Both the position numbers and the translations under genes were made by a program. Positions 7,922 through 18,583 of a DNA stretch of 35,232 nt are shown here, in pieces. The stretch comes from a virus. Its lineage: Duplodnaviria; Caudoviricetes. The stretch covers positions 1 to 35,232 of the IMG/VR virus record IMGVR_UViG_3300030207_002643. One strand, written 5' to 3'. The notes below the pieces were generated by a model that saw only the letters and a program-made list of their open reading frames with translations, had not been told where the DNA came from and did not search any database. Numbering within the stretch: position 1 is the stretch's first letter; every line of letters starts with the position of its first letter.

Positions 7922-10012
7922 ATGGCTATTCAACAAGTAGGTGGACAAGGCGTATACGTTATTACTGGTAGTGGTCGTGACCCTAGAAGGGCTAGTAATG
8001 GTGAGTCATGGGCTGACTTAGTTACAAAACAAAAATACATGTTGTACAAATCGGCATATGACCAAGCAATGCGTGAATATGAATCTGGGCTTATTAGTGC
8101 CAAACAGCGTAATCGACGTATAGAAAATATGCGTGATGAAATTTTGCGTGAAAGAAGAGACATATCAAAAGCAGAAGACCAACTGCGTCGTCAAATGTTG
8201 CGTGGAGAAGAAAGACGAGAAGAAATTGAGTATAAACAAAAAGCTGCAGGTTCTAGACAACGTTCATCAACATCAGGGCAAAAAGGCGTTAAACAAGAAA
8301 TACCAACAAAAAGAACATATTTAAGTGAACTTGATTCTCGCATTTCTAAACTTTCTACTGACAACGCTCGATTAGAAGGTGCAAACGAATCACTTGAGCC
8401 TAAAATAACAAAAGGCAGAATTAAATACGAATCTGACAGTGATTTATTTGGGTTTATCCTTGACCCAACTACAAATTCTGAAATTACTTACCAAACTAAT
8501 GCAGAAACTATAAAAGAAAACAACAAAACTATACAAAAATTAAGAGAAGATATATCAAAATTAAAAGGGTACAAAACTAAAGAAATGTTTGAAGAATGGT
8601 ATAGAGCAAACGAATTGCCTACTATTACATTTACTGAAGGTCAACCAGGTACAACAAGCAGTAGCAAATCAGGATATGCAGGGCCAATAGGAAGTGTGGA
8701 TTACACAGAAGTGCAAGATGAGTTAGCAGCAAGAAAAAAAGCCTTAGATTTAGAACTTGATGCCTTAGAAAAAGATAAAATAGACGAAAGCCCTGTTGAT
8801 GTTTTGCAAAGAACAAGCGAAATTAGCAAAGAAAGATATGGTCTTGGGCAGCCAAGACGCAAATTATTTGGCAGACGTGCTGAAATGGAAGCTTTGGGTA
8901 TGGAGCCAGAAGAACAACCTCAAGCCGAAAATGTAGACACGGTGGCAGAAGAAATTAAAAAAGGCAGAGTCTTAGATACTCCTGTTTCTGCACCTACAGC
9001 CCAAAAATATATAGTACAAAAAGGTGATACTTTAGGTACTATTGCACAAAAATATTATGGTGATGCTCAACGTTATAAAGACATAGCAAAAGCAAGTGGT
9101 ATTCAAGACCCTAATCGTATTAGTGTTGGTCAACAGTTATTAATACCACAAGATTCATTTACAGAAGAATCTGATTTACAACCAAGCGTAGTACAAAACG
9201 TTACAGATGATTTTGAGTTTGAGTTTCAACCAAGCGTAGTACAAAACGTTACAGATGAAGCAATGCAGCCTATGGCTGAGGACGTTTTAGAAGAGCAAGC
9301 AATAGAACCTATACAACCAAAGCCAGCACAAACTGAAATTGGTGATGCGTTACGTCAAATGGTACTTGACAAAGAAGCAAAAAAAGAAATGATGGAAAAT
9401 CAACAGTTGCCAGAAAGCACTCCACCATCACTTATGCCATCACCAACACCAGCATTAACTGATGCTATATCTCGTCAACCGTCGCCAAATATACGTCGAT
9501 TAGGAAAAATGGCTTCTTATAAAGAAGCGATGGCAGAAGCAAGTGCATATGTGCCAATGGACCCTATTACACAACAGTTTGAAGAAGTGAAGAATTTAAG
9601 TGTAAAAGAAAAACAGGCTACAGCGTTGCACCTTCTTGCTCAAGCAAAAGAAGCCTATGGTGTATCTAGTAAAGAGTTTCAAAAAACAAAGCAACGTATA
9701 CTTGAAACATTAGCCAAAACAATTGACCCTAAAAAAGCACGTAATATGAAGCGTGTGAAAACTCTTCAAAATAACAAACCAGGACAGTATCACACATTGG
9801 GAGATAGTATTAAAGGATTGCAACCAGACACTAAACAACTTGTGCTTGCCTTGTTTCCAATAGCAAATGACATAAAACCCAATAAAATAGAAGGTTTGTA
9901 CAACAATGCACAACAACAAATTAAGTTAAGCATATCGAATCCAATACAGAAAAGAAAGGCTTTGGATATGTTAGATTTGATGTATTTAGCGGTGATAGAA
10001 GACAATCGGTGA
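7922..10012 (+). CDS. Putative ejection protein with LysM domain
   Basis: 696 aa, AGGAG RBS. Clear LysM motif 'YIVQKGDTLGTIAQKYYG...IAKASGIQDPNRISVGQQLLIP' at about 9002..9148, plus coiled coils. Confidence 0.7.
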   Translation: MAIQQVGGQGVYVITGSGRDPRRASNGESWADLVTKQKYMLYKSAYDQAMREYESGLISAKQRNRRIENMRDEILRERRDISKAEDQLRRQMLRGEERREEIEYKQKAAGSRQRSSTSGQKGVKQEIPTKRTYLSELDSRISKLSTDNARLEGANESLEPKITKGRIKYESDSDLFGFILDPTTNSEITYQTNAETIKENNKTIQKLREDISKLKGYKTKEMFEEWYRANELPTITFTEGQPGTTSSSKSGYAGPIGSVDYTEVQDELAARKKALDLELDALEKDKIDESPVDVLQRTSEISKERYGLGQPRRKLFGRRAEMEALGMEPEEQPQAENVDTVAEEIKKGRVLDTPVSAPTAQKYIVQKGDTLGTIAQKYYGDAQRYKDIAKASGIQDPNRISVGQQLLIPQDSFTEESDLQPSVVQNVTDDFEFEFQPSVVQNVTDEAMQPMAEDVLEEQAIEPIQPKPAQTEIGDALRQMVLDKEAKKEMMENQQLPESTPPSLMPSPTPALTDAISRQPSPNIRRLGKMASYKEAMAEASAYVPMDPITQQFEEVKNLSVKEKQATALHLLAQAKEAYGVSSKEFQKTKQRILETLAKTIDPKKARNMKRVKTLQNNKPGQYHTLGDSIKGLQPDTKQLVLALFPIANDIKPNKIEGLYNNAQQQIKLSISNPIQKRKALDMLDLMYLAVIEDNR
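9179..9258 (+). repeat. 32-bp exact direct repeat (in-frame duplication, period 48)
   Basis: CAACCAAGCGTAGTACAAAACGTTACAGATGA at 9179..9210 and 9227..9258, encoding QPSVVQNVTD twice. Confidence 0.95.
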
Positions 10013-10015
10013 TGT

Positions 10016-13000
10016 ATGAAGAATCTGACAAAAAACGAAATCGAAGTTTTATTCAATGTGTCACTAACGGACCCTCAATATGAACTAATGTCTAGGTCAG
10101 CAGATTTTCAAAACCTTGCGATTGATGCTTTGACTAAAATAGAAGAGAGTGCAATTAAAAGCCCAGAAGAAAAGCAAGCCGCAATAGACCGTATGTTTAC
10201 AGAAATGGGTCAAGGCATGCGGCAAAACTGGGGAACTTTTGAAACCCGTCAGCAACCATTATCTGTTGTTCCGTTTGAAACAAAAACTGCGTATGGAAAG
10301 TTTGAACCTTTAGTTGCTTCATTGTTTCCTCAACAAACCATTGGTATGTCTAGAGCAAAAGTAGAAAAACCTGCACTTTTTTCTACTAAAGCAGTACTTT
10401 ATGGTAATTTAGAAAAACATTATCAATCACTACCAGAGGCAGACCGCAAAGCAAATGTAGAAGCAGGACTTCTTTTATATTCTGACATAAAAAAACAGAA
10501 TCCACATTTTAGTGACGAGCAAGTATATGAAGAAGTTATAGCAACTATAAATAGTTTGCTAGATGTGTCTGTAATACCACAAGAGGTAGTTGACCCTCGA
10601 ATGAAATCAAAGGTTACGCCTGATGCTTCTACAGCCGAACTTTTAAGTGATGCGTATCAATACCAAAAAACAGGTGGGGAAGCTTTACCAAACTTTAGTA
10701 AAAAACAATATGAGTTGTTAAAAAATCAACAGAACTTAAAATATAGACCTGAAATTAATAAACAATTAATGAGCATACAAAGTCCAGGTAACGTGGCTCA
10801 ATCATTTCCAAAATCAGAATTGTTTCAATTAAGCGAAGGTGATTATTTATATGTACCAACAGAGGTTCTTACTTATCTAAAAGACCATCCCACAGGTGGT
10901 GTTGTATACTCTCCCGAAATAGATACACGTTTGCTAGAATTAATAAAAAGTGGAGATTATAAAGATGGTGGAACTGTTGACCTAAATAACAATAAAAGTG
11001 CCAGAGAAGCACTAGCGGCAGTAAGAGCCTATAAAAAACTAGGCGACCCCGATTGGCGAACGGATTTACAAAAACGGCAACAAGTTTTATCACACTTAGA
11101 TACTTATACAATTGAAGGCATACTTAATGATAAAGTGCCAACTGGGGGTTTGACAGAAACAACAACTGGATGGCTTTTACGTTCTGCAATGTCACCATTT
11201 AATGTTGTTGCAGCGGTTGGTACAGAGGCGATAGAAGCAGCAGGTGGTGCTGCTGCTGGCGTTGTAGCAGAAGGTTTGGAGGCAGCAGGTGTAATCCCTG
11301 AACTAGAAGAAGGCACATCATATTTTGACCCATTGGCGAAATCAAGATTAAGAGAAATTGAAAGACCACAAGCATATAGTGGATATGGTATTGTTGGTGC
11401 TATTGCTGACAACATTGCAAGAAACAAAGGGTTTGTTGGTGAAGGGTTAGCACTGTCTAATCAGTTAAACATGGAAGGGCTTGCTAAGTATGCTACTGTC
11501 GGAGGGTATTTTGTATTTGATATATTAGACCCATCTATTGACATTGCGTCTGGAACAGCAAAAGGGTACAAGGCTTGGTCACAAAGTCAACAATTACACA
11601 AGGCTATGTATGGAGCAAAAAACGTTAAAGAAGCCAAAAAGGCTTTTTCAAACGCCTTTTTAGGTGAAATAGATAACAGTTTATTGTTAGGTGCTACACG
11701 TGTTGTTGGAAAACGGTTTGGTGTTGATATACCTGATTTAGGGCGTGGTGATGTATTGTTGTCAATGGGAGATAATGTAGGAAGAACTTTACATTATAAC
11801 CATCTTAAAAAACATGGTGATGACTTAGATGATTTTTTTGATAATGCAACTGTTTTAGAAATTGAAAACAGAGGTAATCCAAATGATTTTTATAACGTTA
11901 TACGAGCCAACGATAAAGCCAAACGATTGTTAGAAGAGTATGAAGACACATATGAAGCTTTAAATACCTTGCTTATTCAAGAGTCTACTCAAGTAACACC
12001 TGTTGCACTAAAACGTAGTTACCCAAAATTAAATCAAAAAGTACTTAACAAGGTTAAGGATTTAGGTGACGGTGACGCACAAAAAGCACTATCTAAAATA
12101 TATGGTCGTAACTTAATGTTTGAGGTAGCACCAGATATAAAAATGCTAGACAACGTTCAATGGGTAACTCCAAAGACATTAGTGCACAAAAACTTTGTAG
12201 ATGACGTTTTGGCAGTTGCTGTTAAAAGTGACATGGGTGAAGCTCTTGGTAAAGTATTAAAGTACAATCCAAATCCTGAAGATTTAACTATTGCAGTAAG
12301 ACCTTCAAGGTCGCCTGGGTTTAATGTTTTTGACCAAAACGTTTTTAGAACACCACAACAAACACTGCCAGCATTTAATTTGCATCGTTTGTCTGGTGAA
12401 GAAATAACTGCTTTAAAACGTGTGCTAGATGATGTTGATTTGCCATTTACTTATAAGAATCAAGTTAAAAAAAATATTGATGACAAGATTTTATTTCAAG
12501 ATGATTATAATAGAATCCATCATGCAATTATCGACAAGGTAGCAGAGTTAGAGCCGCAAACCTTAACTATTGAAAATGTAAATCAACTTAATGTTGAGCA
12601 GCGCAGTAGGCTATTAGAGGCAGAGGGAACGGTTTATCGGTCTACTATTGGTGCGTCAGATTTTACAAAAAGACTTGCTAGAACAAATTTTGGGCGGCGC
12701 ATAACTAAGTATTTTGCTGAAAAAGGTTGGATTCAACAAGAAAGTTTAGAAAACTATTTGAATACTCCAATTGTTAGAAGTGAAGCAAATATGCCTACAC
12801 AACAGCAACGGTTTATGCAACAAATGAATGCAGAGCGTGGAACTCTTAATGTACGTACAGAGCAACTGTACCGTGATATGATGAAAAACAAAGGCAATAT
12901 ACTAAGCCGATACGACTATACTTTAACGGATGTATCTGAAATTGATAGTGTTAGTGCTTTAGGATTAATGATAGTTGGAGAAAAGACAGACCTTAATGGT

Positions 13001-16000
13001 GTAATACAACAACAAGTTAATTTAGAAGAAACTATTAAGTGGATGATAAACAATATTTTTGTTTTAAAAAATGAAAAGGTACCAGCCAGATACAGTTTAG
13101 AAGACCACTTAAGTGGTGCAAGCAATGCTTACAAATCAGGTATATTTAATAGCCATGGTAAAATGTATATACAACAACAGGCTAGACAAGTTGCTAAATT
13201 ATCCCAATCAAATCCTCAAGCGTATTGGTCATATATGAGCGACTTAATTGATGATATAAATATGGCTATACAGAATCCAAACTCTCGTAACAGAACAGTT
13301 TTTCTTACAGATTCTAAGGGCGTTGAACGTAAAATTAGTGGACCAATAGTTAATCCAAATAAAAATATGAGGACTGTTCCGTCTGTTGATATGGATAACA
13401 TGGAAAATTTTCATGCAACGGTTATGTTGTCTTCATATCTTATTGCAGAAAACAATCGTATTAGTGCAAAAGCGTTGAATGATGTTTTGCAGTTTGAATT
13501 GCCAGAAGCGGCAGTATCAAACATTTTGCCTAACATGAATGTTACTCAAAACATGTTTCAAAACAGTGTAAGAGAAGCAATAAAAATATTGTACTTTCCT
13601 ACAACGGATTCCGATACATATCTAAAACTTTCAGAGTTAGTACAGTTACAAAAGCAACTGGAAATAGTCAACAAAACGCATCCAAACGTAAACGTTCAGA
13701 AGTTAGACCAATCTATATTGCGTGAAGTTAAAGCAGAAGCAAAACTGTATGATAGTACAATACAAAACGAATTGCGTACAGCAAAACGTTATTACAGAGA
13801 AAATACACGGCGACAAATTAAAGAACGAAGAGACTTTTTAAGGGAAGAATATAAAAAACGTAAACAAACACTTGTGGAAGAAACAGAAAATATATATAGA
13901 AGAAAGTCCATGAAAATAGAAGAAGAGCAAGCAGGAGAAATCTCTACGTTAACTAAAGAAGAAAAAACTAACAAAGACCTTTTGCGCTTGCGAAAGATAA
14001 GAGACAGTCAAATAAAGGCAACAAAAAAACGATTAAAATCAGGTGATGATTTAGATGAATCTATACGTAAAATACGTGCTAAGTTTCGTTTAGAAGAACA
14101 AAAATTAAAAGATAAACTTGGTGATGGCTATACAAAAAGTCAAAAACTAAAAGACATTGAAAAAAAATACCAAGAAAGACTTTCAGATTTAGAAGCCGAC
14201 CTTAGAAAAACTTTAAAGGAAACCAATGAAGAAGTGCAAAAGGCGTATGTTGAAAAAGGCAACAAAGAACTTGAGGAATTAAAACAGGCTCTATATGAAA
14301 AACAAGAAAAAGAACTAGACGAAATTTTATCGGCATCACTTGATGAAAACCAATTAAAAATGCTTGAGATACAACTTTCGATGTTGCGTTCTCCACAAGA
14401 AAAAATTGAGTATATGAAAAGAATGACTGACACGTATGACCCAGTGTTTGATGATATACTTGAGGCTTTAGAAAAGCAAGCGTTGGGTCCTGACGAATTA
14501 GACACAATTGTGCAAGCAGTTAAAAGTCATGCTGAAGTCGTAATGCGCAACAACAACATAAGTTATAGTTTGAGCAAAGGTTCGGTCGATGACTTAGAAG
14601 AAATGTTAGACACGATATTTCGTGGTGATGGTGGTATGGCTAGGGCTATGTTTGGTGAAGAAGATTATCTTTACATGAAAAACAAGCTTATAAACAATCC
14701 AAGACAAAAAGTTAGAAAAAACATTATTCAAGCCATGCGAGGTGAAAACGGACGCTTGTTGCCTTTTATTAACAAAGCCTTAGATTTTATGAATCAATCT
14801 TTTTATACTGCAATTTTGGGTTATAGCCCTGCTTCGCATGGTAGAAATATATTGTCAGGTCCTAACATTATATATCAAACTACTGGGGTTATGTTTACGC
14901 CTGAACTAGCAACTAAAGGTTGGAAAGTTGTACGTGACGGTAGCAATATAGGTTCCAAGGGGTATCTAGACATTGCCGTTAAAACTCCAGATGGTCGAGT
15001 GTATACCTATGGAGATATTTATGAAGGAATACAAAAGGTAGGTGTTCGAAATCAGTTCTCATACATTCAATCTAAGGGTGGTAAAGAGAACATGTTTTTA
15101 AAAGAAATTCAAGGGAGGTACGAAGGCAATCCTCCATCTGGTTTAGTAAACACAGTTCGTAAGGCATCAGAGTTGGCACTAGCAGCACAGACTAAAGAAG
15201 ATTTTGTATTTAGAAGTGCTGCAGCAATAAAGGCTTTACAAGAAGGGCGTTCTTTTAATGAAGCAATGCAAGTTGCTAGGCGTTCTATGTTTGACTATTC
15301 AGACGTTCCTGAATCAGTACAACGATATATGAACGCTATATTTGTATTTAGTTCATTTACAGTTCAATCTGCAAAAGAAATCTTTTATGCATTGCAAGAT
15401 GTTAACAAACTAAAAAGAGTAGCTAAGGCTTTGGAATTAAGGAAAAATGCTAATACGTTTTACGAATCTTTTAATGATGAACAACCGTTGCCATATGATA
15501 TGTATTACCCGATATATGCCCAAGGTCGTTTAACTTATCCAGTTGGTACATACCAAGACAAAGAAACCTTTCTTATGGGTTATAACTCACCAGCCATTGA
15601 GTCTTTAAATCAACTAACAGGTATTGCCGCATCAATGTTTCCTCCTGTTAAAGCGACAGACATTGACCCGTTTTTACCTGCAATACAACTATTAAATCCA
15701 CTTATAAAAGAGGTTGTATTGCCCAAGTCTATGGATAAATACACGCCTACTAATACAATGCCAGAGTTACTTTTCTACCTAGAGTTAGCAGGTTACAACA
15801 CTCCTTCTGAAATAGCAACAAAACTAGAAGAAATGTGTGGCGGTAAAGTAACACCTGTGGCTGCTAAAAAAGGAAGTAAAGGTTCTAGAAATGGATATAG
15901 GTATCCATTGTCAGAAGAACAACAATTTCGGTTGTATCACCGTTCTTTGTATATGGTTTTTAACAACCTTGGATATGTTCCTAGATTAAGGTCTATTGCT

Positions 16001-16240
16001 AGATTAGTCTCACCTGAAGGCTCTACTTATGGTGGTGATACTAATCCTTTGTTAATTTTAGGTACAATAACTGGTGCATATACTTTTTCACAAGTTGACA
16101 CAGCAGACAAACAACAATTAGAAGCACTGAAGCGTAGAGAGGCTTATCTACGTGCTATAATCAACGGCGAAGAAGGCATGTCAGATGCTGCTATTTATCG
16201 TGACCAAGAACTACTTTATCAACCTTCGGAGGAAGAATGA
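10016..16240 (+). CDS. Large internal virion / ejection protein
   Basis: 2074 aa, third gene of the ejection cluster. Ala/Gly hydrophobic stretch near aa 390-420, long charged coiled coil, C-terminal 'SPASHGRNILSG...ARRSMFDYS' of the kind seen in large phage ejection/polyvalent proteins. Confidence 0.65.
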   Translation: MKNLTKNEIEVLFNVSLTDPQYELMSRSADFQNLAIDALTKIEESAIKSPEEKQAAIDRMFTEMGQGMRQNWGTFETRQQPLSVVPFETKTAYGKFEPLVASLFPQQTIGMSRAKVEKPALFSTKAVLYGNLEKHYQSLPEADRKANVEAGLLLYSDIKKQNPHFSDEQVYEEVIATINSLLDVSVIPQEVVDPRMKSKVTPDASTAELLSDAYQYQKTGGEALPNFSKKQYELLKNQQNLKYRPEINKQLMSIQSPGNVAQSFPKSELFQLSEGDYLYVPTEVLTYLKDHPTGGVVYSPEIDTRLLELIKSGDYKDGGTVDLNNNKSAREALAAVRAYKKLGDPDWRTDLQKRQQVLSHLDTYTIEGILNDKVPTGGLTETTTGWLLRSAMSPFNVVAAVGTEAIEAAGGAAAGVVAEGLEAAGVIPELEEGTSYFDPLAKSRLREIERPQAYSGYGIVGAIADNIARNKGFVGEGLALSNQLNMEGLAKYATVGGYFVFDILDPSIDIASGTAKGYKAWSQSQQLHKAMYGAKNVKEAKKAFSNAFLGEIDNSLLLGATRVVGKRFGVDIPDLGRGDVLLSMGDNVGRTLHYNHLKKHGDDLDDFFDNATVLEIENRGNPNDFYNVIRANDKAKRLLEEYEDTYEALNTLLIQESTQVTPVALKRSYPKLNQKVLNKVKDLGDGDAQKALSKIYGRNLMFEVAPDIKMLDNVQWVTPKTLVHKNFVDDVLAVAVKSDMGEALGKVLKYNPNPEDLTIAVRPSRSPGFNVFDQNVFRTPQQTLPAFNLHRLSGEEITALKRVLDDVDLPFTYKNQVKKNIDDKILFQDDYNRIHHAIIDKVAELEPQTLTIENVNQLNVEQRSRLLEAEGTVYRSTIGASDFTKRLARTNFGRRITKYFAEKGWIQQESLENYLNTPIVRSEANMPTQQQRFMQQMNAERGTLNVRTEQLYRDMMKNKGNILSRYDYTLTDVSEIDSVSALGLMIVGEKTDLNGVIQQQVNLEETIKWMINNIFVLKNEKVPARYSLEDHLSGASNAYKSGIFNSHGKMYIQQQARQVAKLSQSNPQAYWSYMSDLIDDINMAIQNPNSRNRTVFLTDSKGVERKISGPIVNPNKNMRTVPSVDMDNMENFHATVMLSSYLIAENNRISAKALNDVLQFELPEAAVSNILPNMNVTQNMFQNSVREAIKILYFPTTDSDTYLKLSELVQLQKQLEIVNKTHPNVNVQKLDQSILREVKAEAKLYDSTIQNELRTAKRYYRENTRRQIKERRDFLREEYKKRKQTLVEETENIYRRKSMKIEEEQAGEISTLTKEEKTNKDLLRLRKIRDSQIKATKKRLKSGDDLDESIRKIRAKFRLEEQKLKDKLGDGYTKSQKLKDIEKKYQERLSDLEADLRKTLKETNEEVQKAYVEKGNKELEELKQALYEKQEKELDEILSASLDENQLKMLEIQLSMLRSPQEKIEYMKRMTDTYDPVFDDILEALEKQALGPDELDTIVQAVKSHAEVVMRNNNISYSLSKGSVDDLEEMLDTIFRGDGGMARAMFGEEDYLYMKNKLINNPRQKVRKNIIQAMRGENGRLLPFINKALDFMNQSFYTAILGYSPASHGRNILSGPNIIYQTTGVMFTPELATKGWKVVRDGSNIGSKGYLDIAVKTPDGRVYTYGDIYEGIQKVGVRNQFSYIQSKGGKENMFLKEIQGRYEGNPPSGLVNTVRKASELALAAQTKEDFVFRSAAAIKALQEGRSFNEAMQVARRSMFDYSDVPESVQRYMNAIFVFSSFTVQSAKEIFYALQDVNKLKRVAKALELRKNANTFYESFNDEQPLPYDMYYPIYAQGRLTYPVGTYQDKETFLMGYNSPAIESLNQLTGIAASMFPPVKATDIDPFLPAIQLLNPLIKEVVLPKSMDKYTPTNTMPELLFYLELAGYNTPSEIATKLEEMCGGKVTPVAAKKGSKGSRNGYRYPLSEEQQFRLYHRSLYMVFNNLGYVPRLRSIARLVSPEGSTYGGDTNPLLILGTITGAYTFSQVDTADKQQLEALKRREAYLRAIINGEEGMSDAAIYRDQELLYQPSEEE

Positions 16241-16659
16241 ACATTAGACACAACGACCATCCAAGTATCAATGATACTAACGTAGCATCAGTAGACCAGA
16301 ACTTTGCATCTACTAAGTATCACAAACACACATTAGTAATCCCAGAACAGATTGACACATCGGGTAAATTTCTCGGACGTATTGAATCAATCATAGTACG
16401 TTGTACAGGTTTAGGAGGTAGCAATACCAGTCTTACAGTTAAAGGAACTTGGGATGCTGCTGGTGACCACGTATGGTTTCCAGACACAGCAGGTACGATT
16501 GCTTTAGGTGTAACTACAACAACATCAGGTAGTGCAGCATATGAGTTTAAACTTCCAGTTCAATCTTATTTTGACAACCCAGATGTATACCTGTTCTTTA
16601 AGATAAATGGTTCTGGCAGCATTACGATTGACTACTCGCAGATTGTTTGGAGTGAATAA
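16237..16659 (+). CDS. Hypothetical beta-rich virion protein
   Basis: 140 aa, GGAGG RBS, ATGA overlap, lies between ejection and fibre genes. Confidence 0.55.
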   Translation: MNIRHNDHPSINDTNVASVDQNFASTKYHKHTLVIPEQIDTSGKFLGRIESIIVRCTGLGGSNTSLTVKGTWDAAGDHVWFPDTAGTIALGVTTTTSGSAAYEFKLPVQSYFDNPDVYLFFKINGSGSITIDYSQIVWSE

Positions 16660-16916
16660 TGCCAGTTGCCAGTCCATTTGAAACGGCTGGTGGTGGTGAA
16701 GTCAACCTTGAGTATGAAGATATCTCGGCACAGACGGACGGCTCCACCCAAAGTTTCACAGTAAGCAGTGACTACAAATCGGGTTCGTTGCAGGTATATT
16801 GGAATGGACTACTCCAACTGTTTACGGACATCGGGGAGTTGTCTGTTACTAATTTTACAACTACATTTATACCGGCAAGTGATGACTCACTAGTCGTAAT
16901 ATATATTTTGAAATAG
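16659..16916 (+). CDS. Small fibre-associated protein
   Basis: 85 aa, GGAG RBS, TAATG overlap. 'DGSTQSF...LQVYWNGLLQ...F.P...D.L.VIY' resembles the C-terminal domain of the next gene. Confidence 0.6.
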   Translation: MPVASPFETAGGGEVNLEYEDISAQTDGSTQSFTVSSDYKSGSLQVYWNGLLQLFTDIGELSVTNFTTTFIPASDDSLVVIYILK

Positions 16917-16925
16917 GAGCCAATC

Positions 16926-18527
16926 ATGGCAGTACAAATCGCCAAAGAGCAGATTAAAAACAATGCAGTTGATTCAACCAAACTGGATGGGTCATCAAAC
17001 TATTCTTTTTCCAGTCAGATTCGTTACACGGGTTCTGATACAAACACACAAGCACTGGCAACACGTGGATACGTAGATTCAGTTGCTGCCGGTCTTGACC
17101 CCAAAGATTCATGTAAAGTTGCTACGACAGCAAACATTACGTTGAGTGGTACACAAACGATTGACGGTGTATCTGTTTCTGCGGGGGACAGAATTTTGGT
17201 CAAGGCTCAAAGCAGTAGCCAGGCTAACGGTATTTACATTTGCGCCGCAGGTGCATGGGCACGTTCAACAGACATGGCAACTGGTAGTAATGCTGCTGGT
17301 GCTTCTATGTTCATTGAACAAGGTACTGTCAATGGAGAGATGGGATTTGTTTGTACATCAAACAAAGGTTCTGACGTTGTTGGTACAAATGACTTGACGT
17401 TCAGTCAGTACACAGGTGCTTCTAACATTACCGCAGGAGCAGCATTAAGCAAAACTGGTGACCAACTTGATGTAGAGGTAGATGATTCTTCTATCGAGAT
17501 TTCATCTGATGCTTTACGTGTCAAGGCTTCGGGTATTACCGATTCCATGTTAGCTGGGTCCATTTCGAATTCAAAATTGTCTAACTCTGCTATCAGTGGT
17601 GTTGCTCTTGGTGGAACTTTAAATGCATTAAGTCCTTCTGCAACAGGTGGTTTGAGTTTCAGTGCAAACTACAACGGAAGTGCTGCTGTATCTGCTTCTA
17701 TTAACTTAGATGGTTCCAGTTTAAGCGTTGGCGCAAGCGGACTTAAGGTTGGCACTGGTGGTATCTCTACTTTAATGTTAGCAGACGATGCTGTTACTGC
17801 AGCAAAGATTGCAGATGGTATTGTTGGCACGGTTGCTATTGCTGATTCTGCAATAACAAGTGGTAAGATTGCAGACAATGCTGTAATTACAGCAAAGATT
17901 GCTGACTCCTCAGTAACAACTGCAAAACTAGCAGGGTCTATTACTGCTGACAAACTAACGTTGGGACACGGTGTAGAAAACAGTAGTGGAAGTTTAACTA
18001 TTTCCCTAAATGGTACAACTTTAGAAGTTGGTGCAGGTGGTCTTAAAGTTAAAGACGCTAACATTGGTGCTGCACAATTAGCATCAAATGCTGTTACTGC
18101 AGCAAAGATTGCTTCTAATGCAGTTGAGACTGCTAAGATTGCTGACGATGCTGTTACTGCAGCAAAGATTGCTGCTGGTGCAGTTGACGCTACTGCCTTG
18201 GGTAGCAATGCTGTAACTACAGCAAAAATTTCTGATGCAAATGTAACTGCTGCCAAGTTGAACTTTATGGCATCGTACGAAACATTGTCTGCTGGTGATG
18301 GTAGCACTACTACATTCGATGCTTCTGCTGCTGCTGACGCTACTATGCTTGGTGGTGCCATTGTATTCCGAAACGGTTTGGCAATGGGTCTTGTTGAATC
18401 TTCACCTTCTGGACAGGACCAGTATACATTGTCTGCTACTGGTGGTAGTGGCTCGACATTACGTGTGACTTTTGGTACAGCCCCCAACTCAGGCGACCAA
18501 ATTTCTGTAATGTATTTCTCATTGTAA
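16926..18527 (+). CDS. Fibre protein (tail or head fibre) with 10-aa repeats
   Basis: 'ATRGYVD...KDSCKVATTANITLSGTQTIDGV...GDRILVKAQ...NGIY' phage fibre motif and repeated AVTAAKIADD-type decapeptides. AGGAG RBS. Confidence 0.8.
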   Translation: MAVQIAKEQIKNNAVDSTKLDGSSNYSFSSQIRYTGSDTNTQALATRGYVDSVAAGLDPKDSCKVATTANITLSGTQTIDGVSVSAGDRILVKAQSSSQANGIYICAAGAWARSTDMATGSNAAGASMFIEQGTVNGEMGFVCTSNKGSDVVGTNDLTFSQYTGASNITAGAALSKTGDQLDVEVDDSSIEISSDALRVKASGITDSMLAGSISNSKLSNSAISGVALGGTLNALSPSATGGLSFSANYNGSAAVSASINLDGSSLSVGASGLKVGTGGISTLMLADDAVTAAKIADGIVGTVAIADSAITSGKIADNAVITAKIADSSVTTAKLAGSITADKLTLGHGVENSSGSLTISLNGTTLEVGAGGLKVKDANIGAAQLASNAVTAAKIASNAVETAKIADDAVTAAKIAAGAVDATALGSNAVTTAKISDANVTAAKLNFMASYETLSAGDGSTTTFDASAAADATMLGGAIVFRNGLAMGLVESSPSGQDQYTLSATGGSGSTLRVTFGTAPNSGDQISVMYFSL

Positions 18528-18540
18528 GTTGTTAAATGTT

Positions 18541-18568
18541 AGAGGTACTCTTTAAGGGTACCTCTTTT
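18541..18568 (+). terminator. Intrinsic terminator after the fibre gene
   Basis: AGAGGTAC...GTACCTCT stem running into TTTT. Confidence 0.7.
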
Positions 18569-18583
18569 ACCATTGGAGGTAGT

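Noticed and set aside
9179-9258. Two identical 32-bp repeats resembling a mini CRISPR array
   Set aside because: The spacer is only 16 bp, the period of 48 keeps the reading frame, it lies inside a CDS, and there are no cas genes. It is a coding duplication.
17787-18260. Repeated ATGCTGTTACTGCAGCAAAGATTGC DNA units
   Set aside because: Fully explained by the 10-aa AVTAAKIA repeats of the fibre shaft.
17669-18487. 272-aa antisense ORF
   Set aside because: Shadow of the Ala/Thr-rich repetitive fibre gene; no RBS or independent motif.
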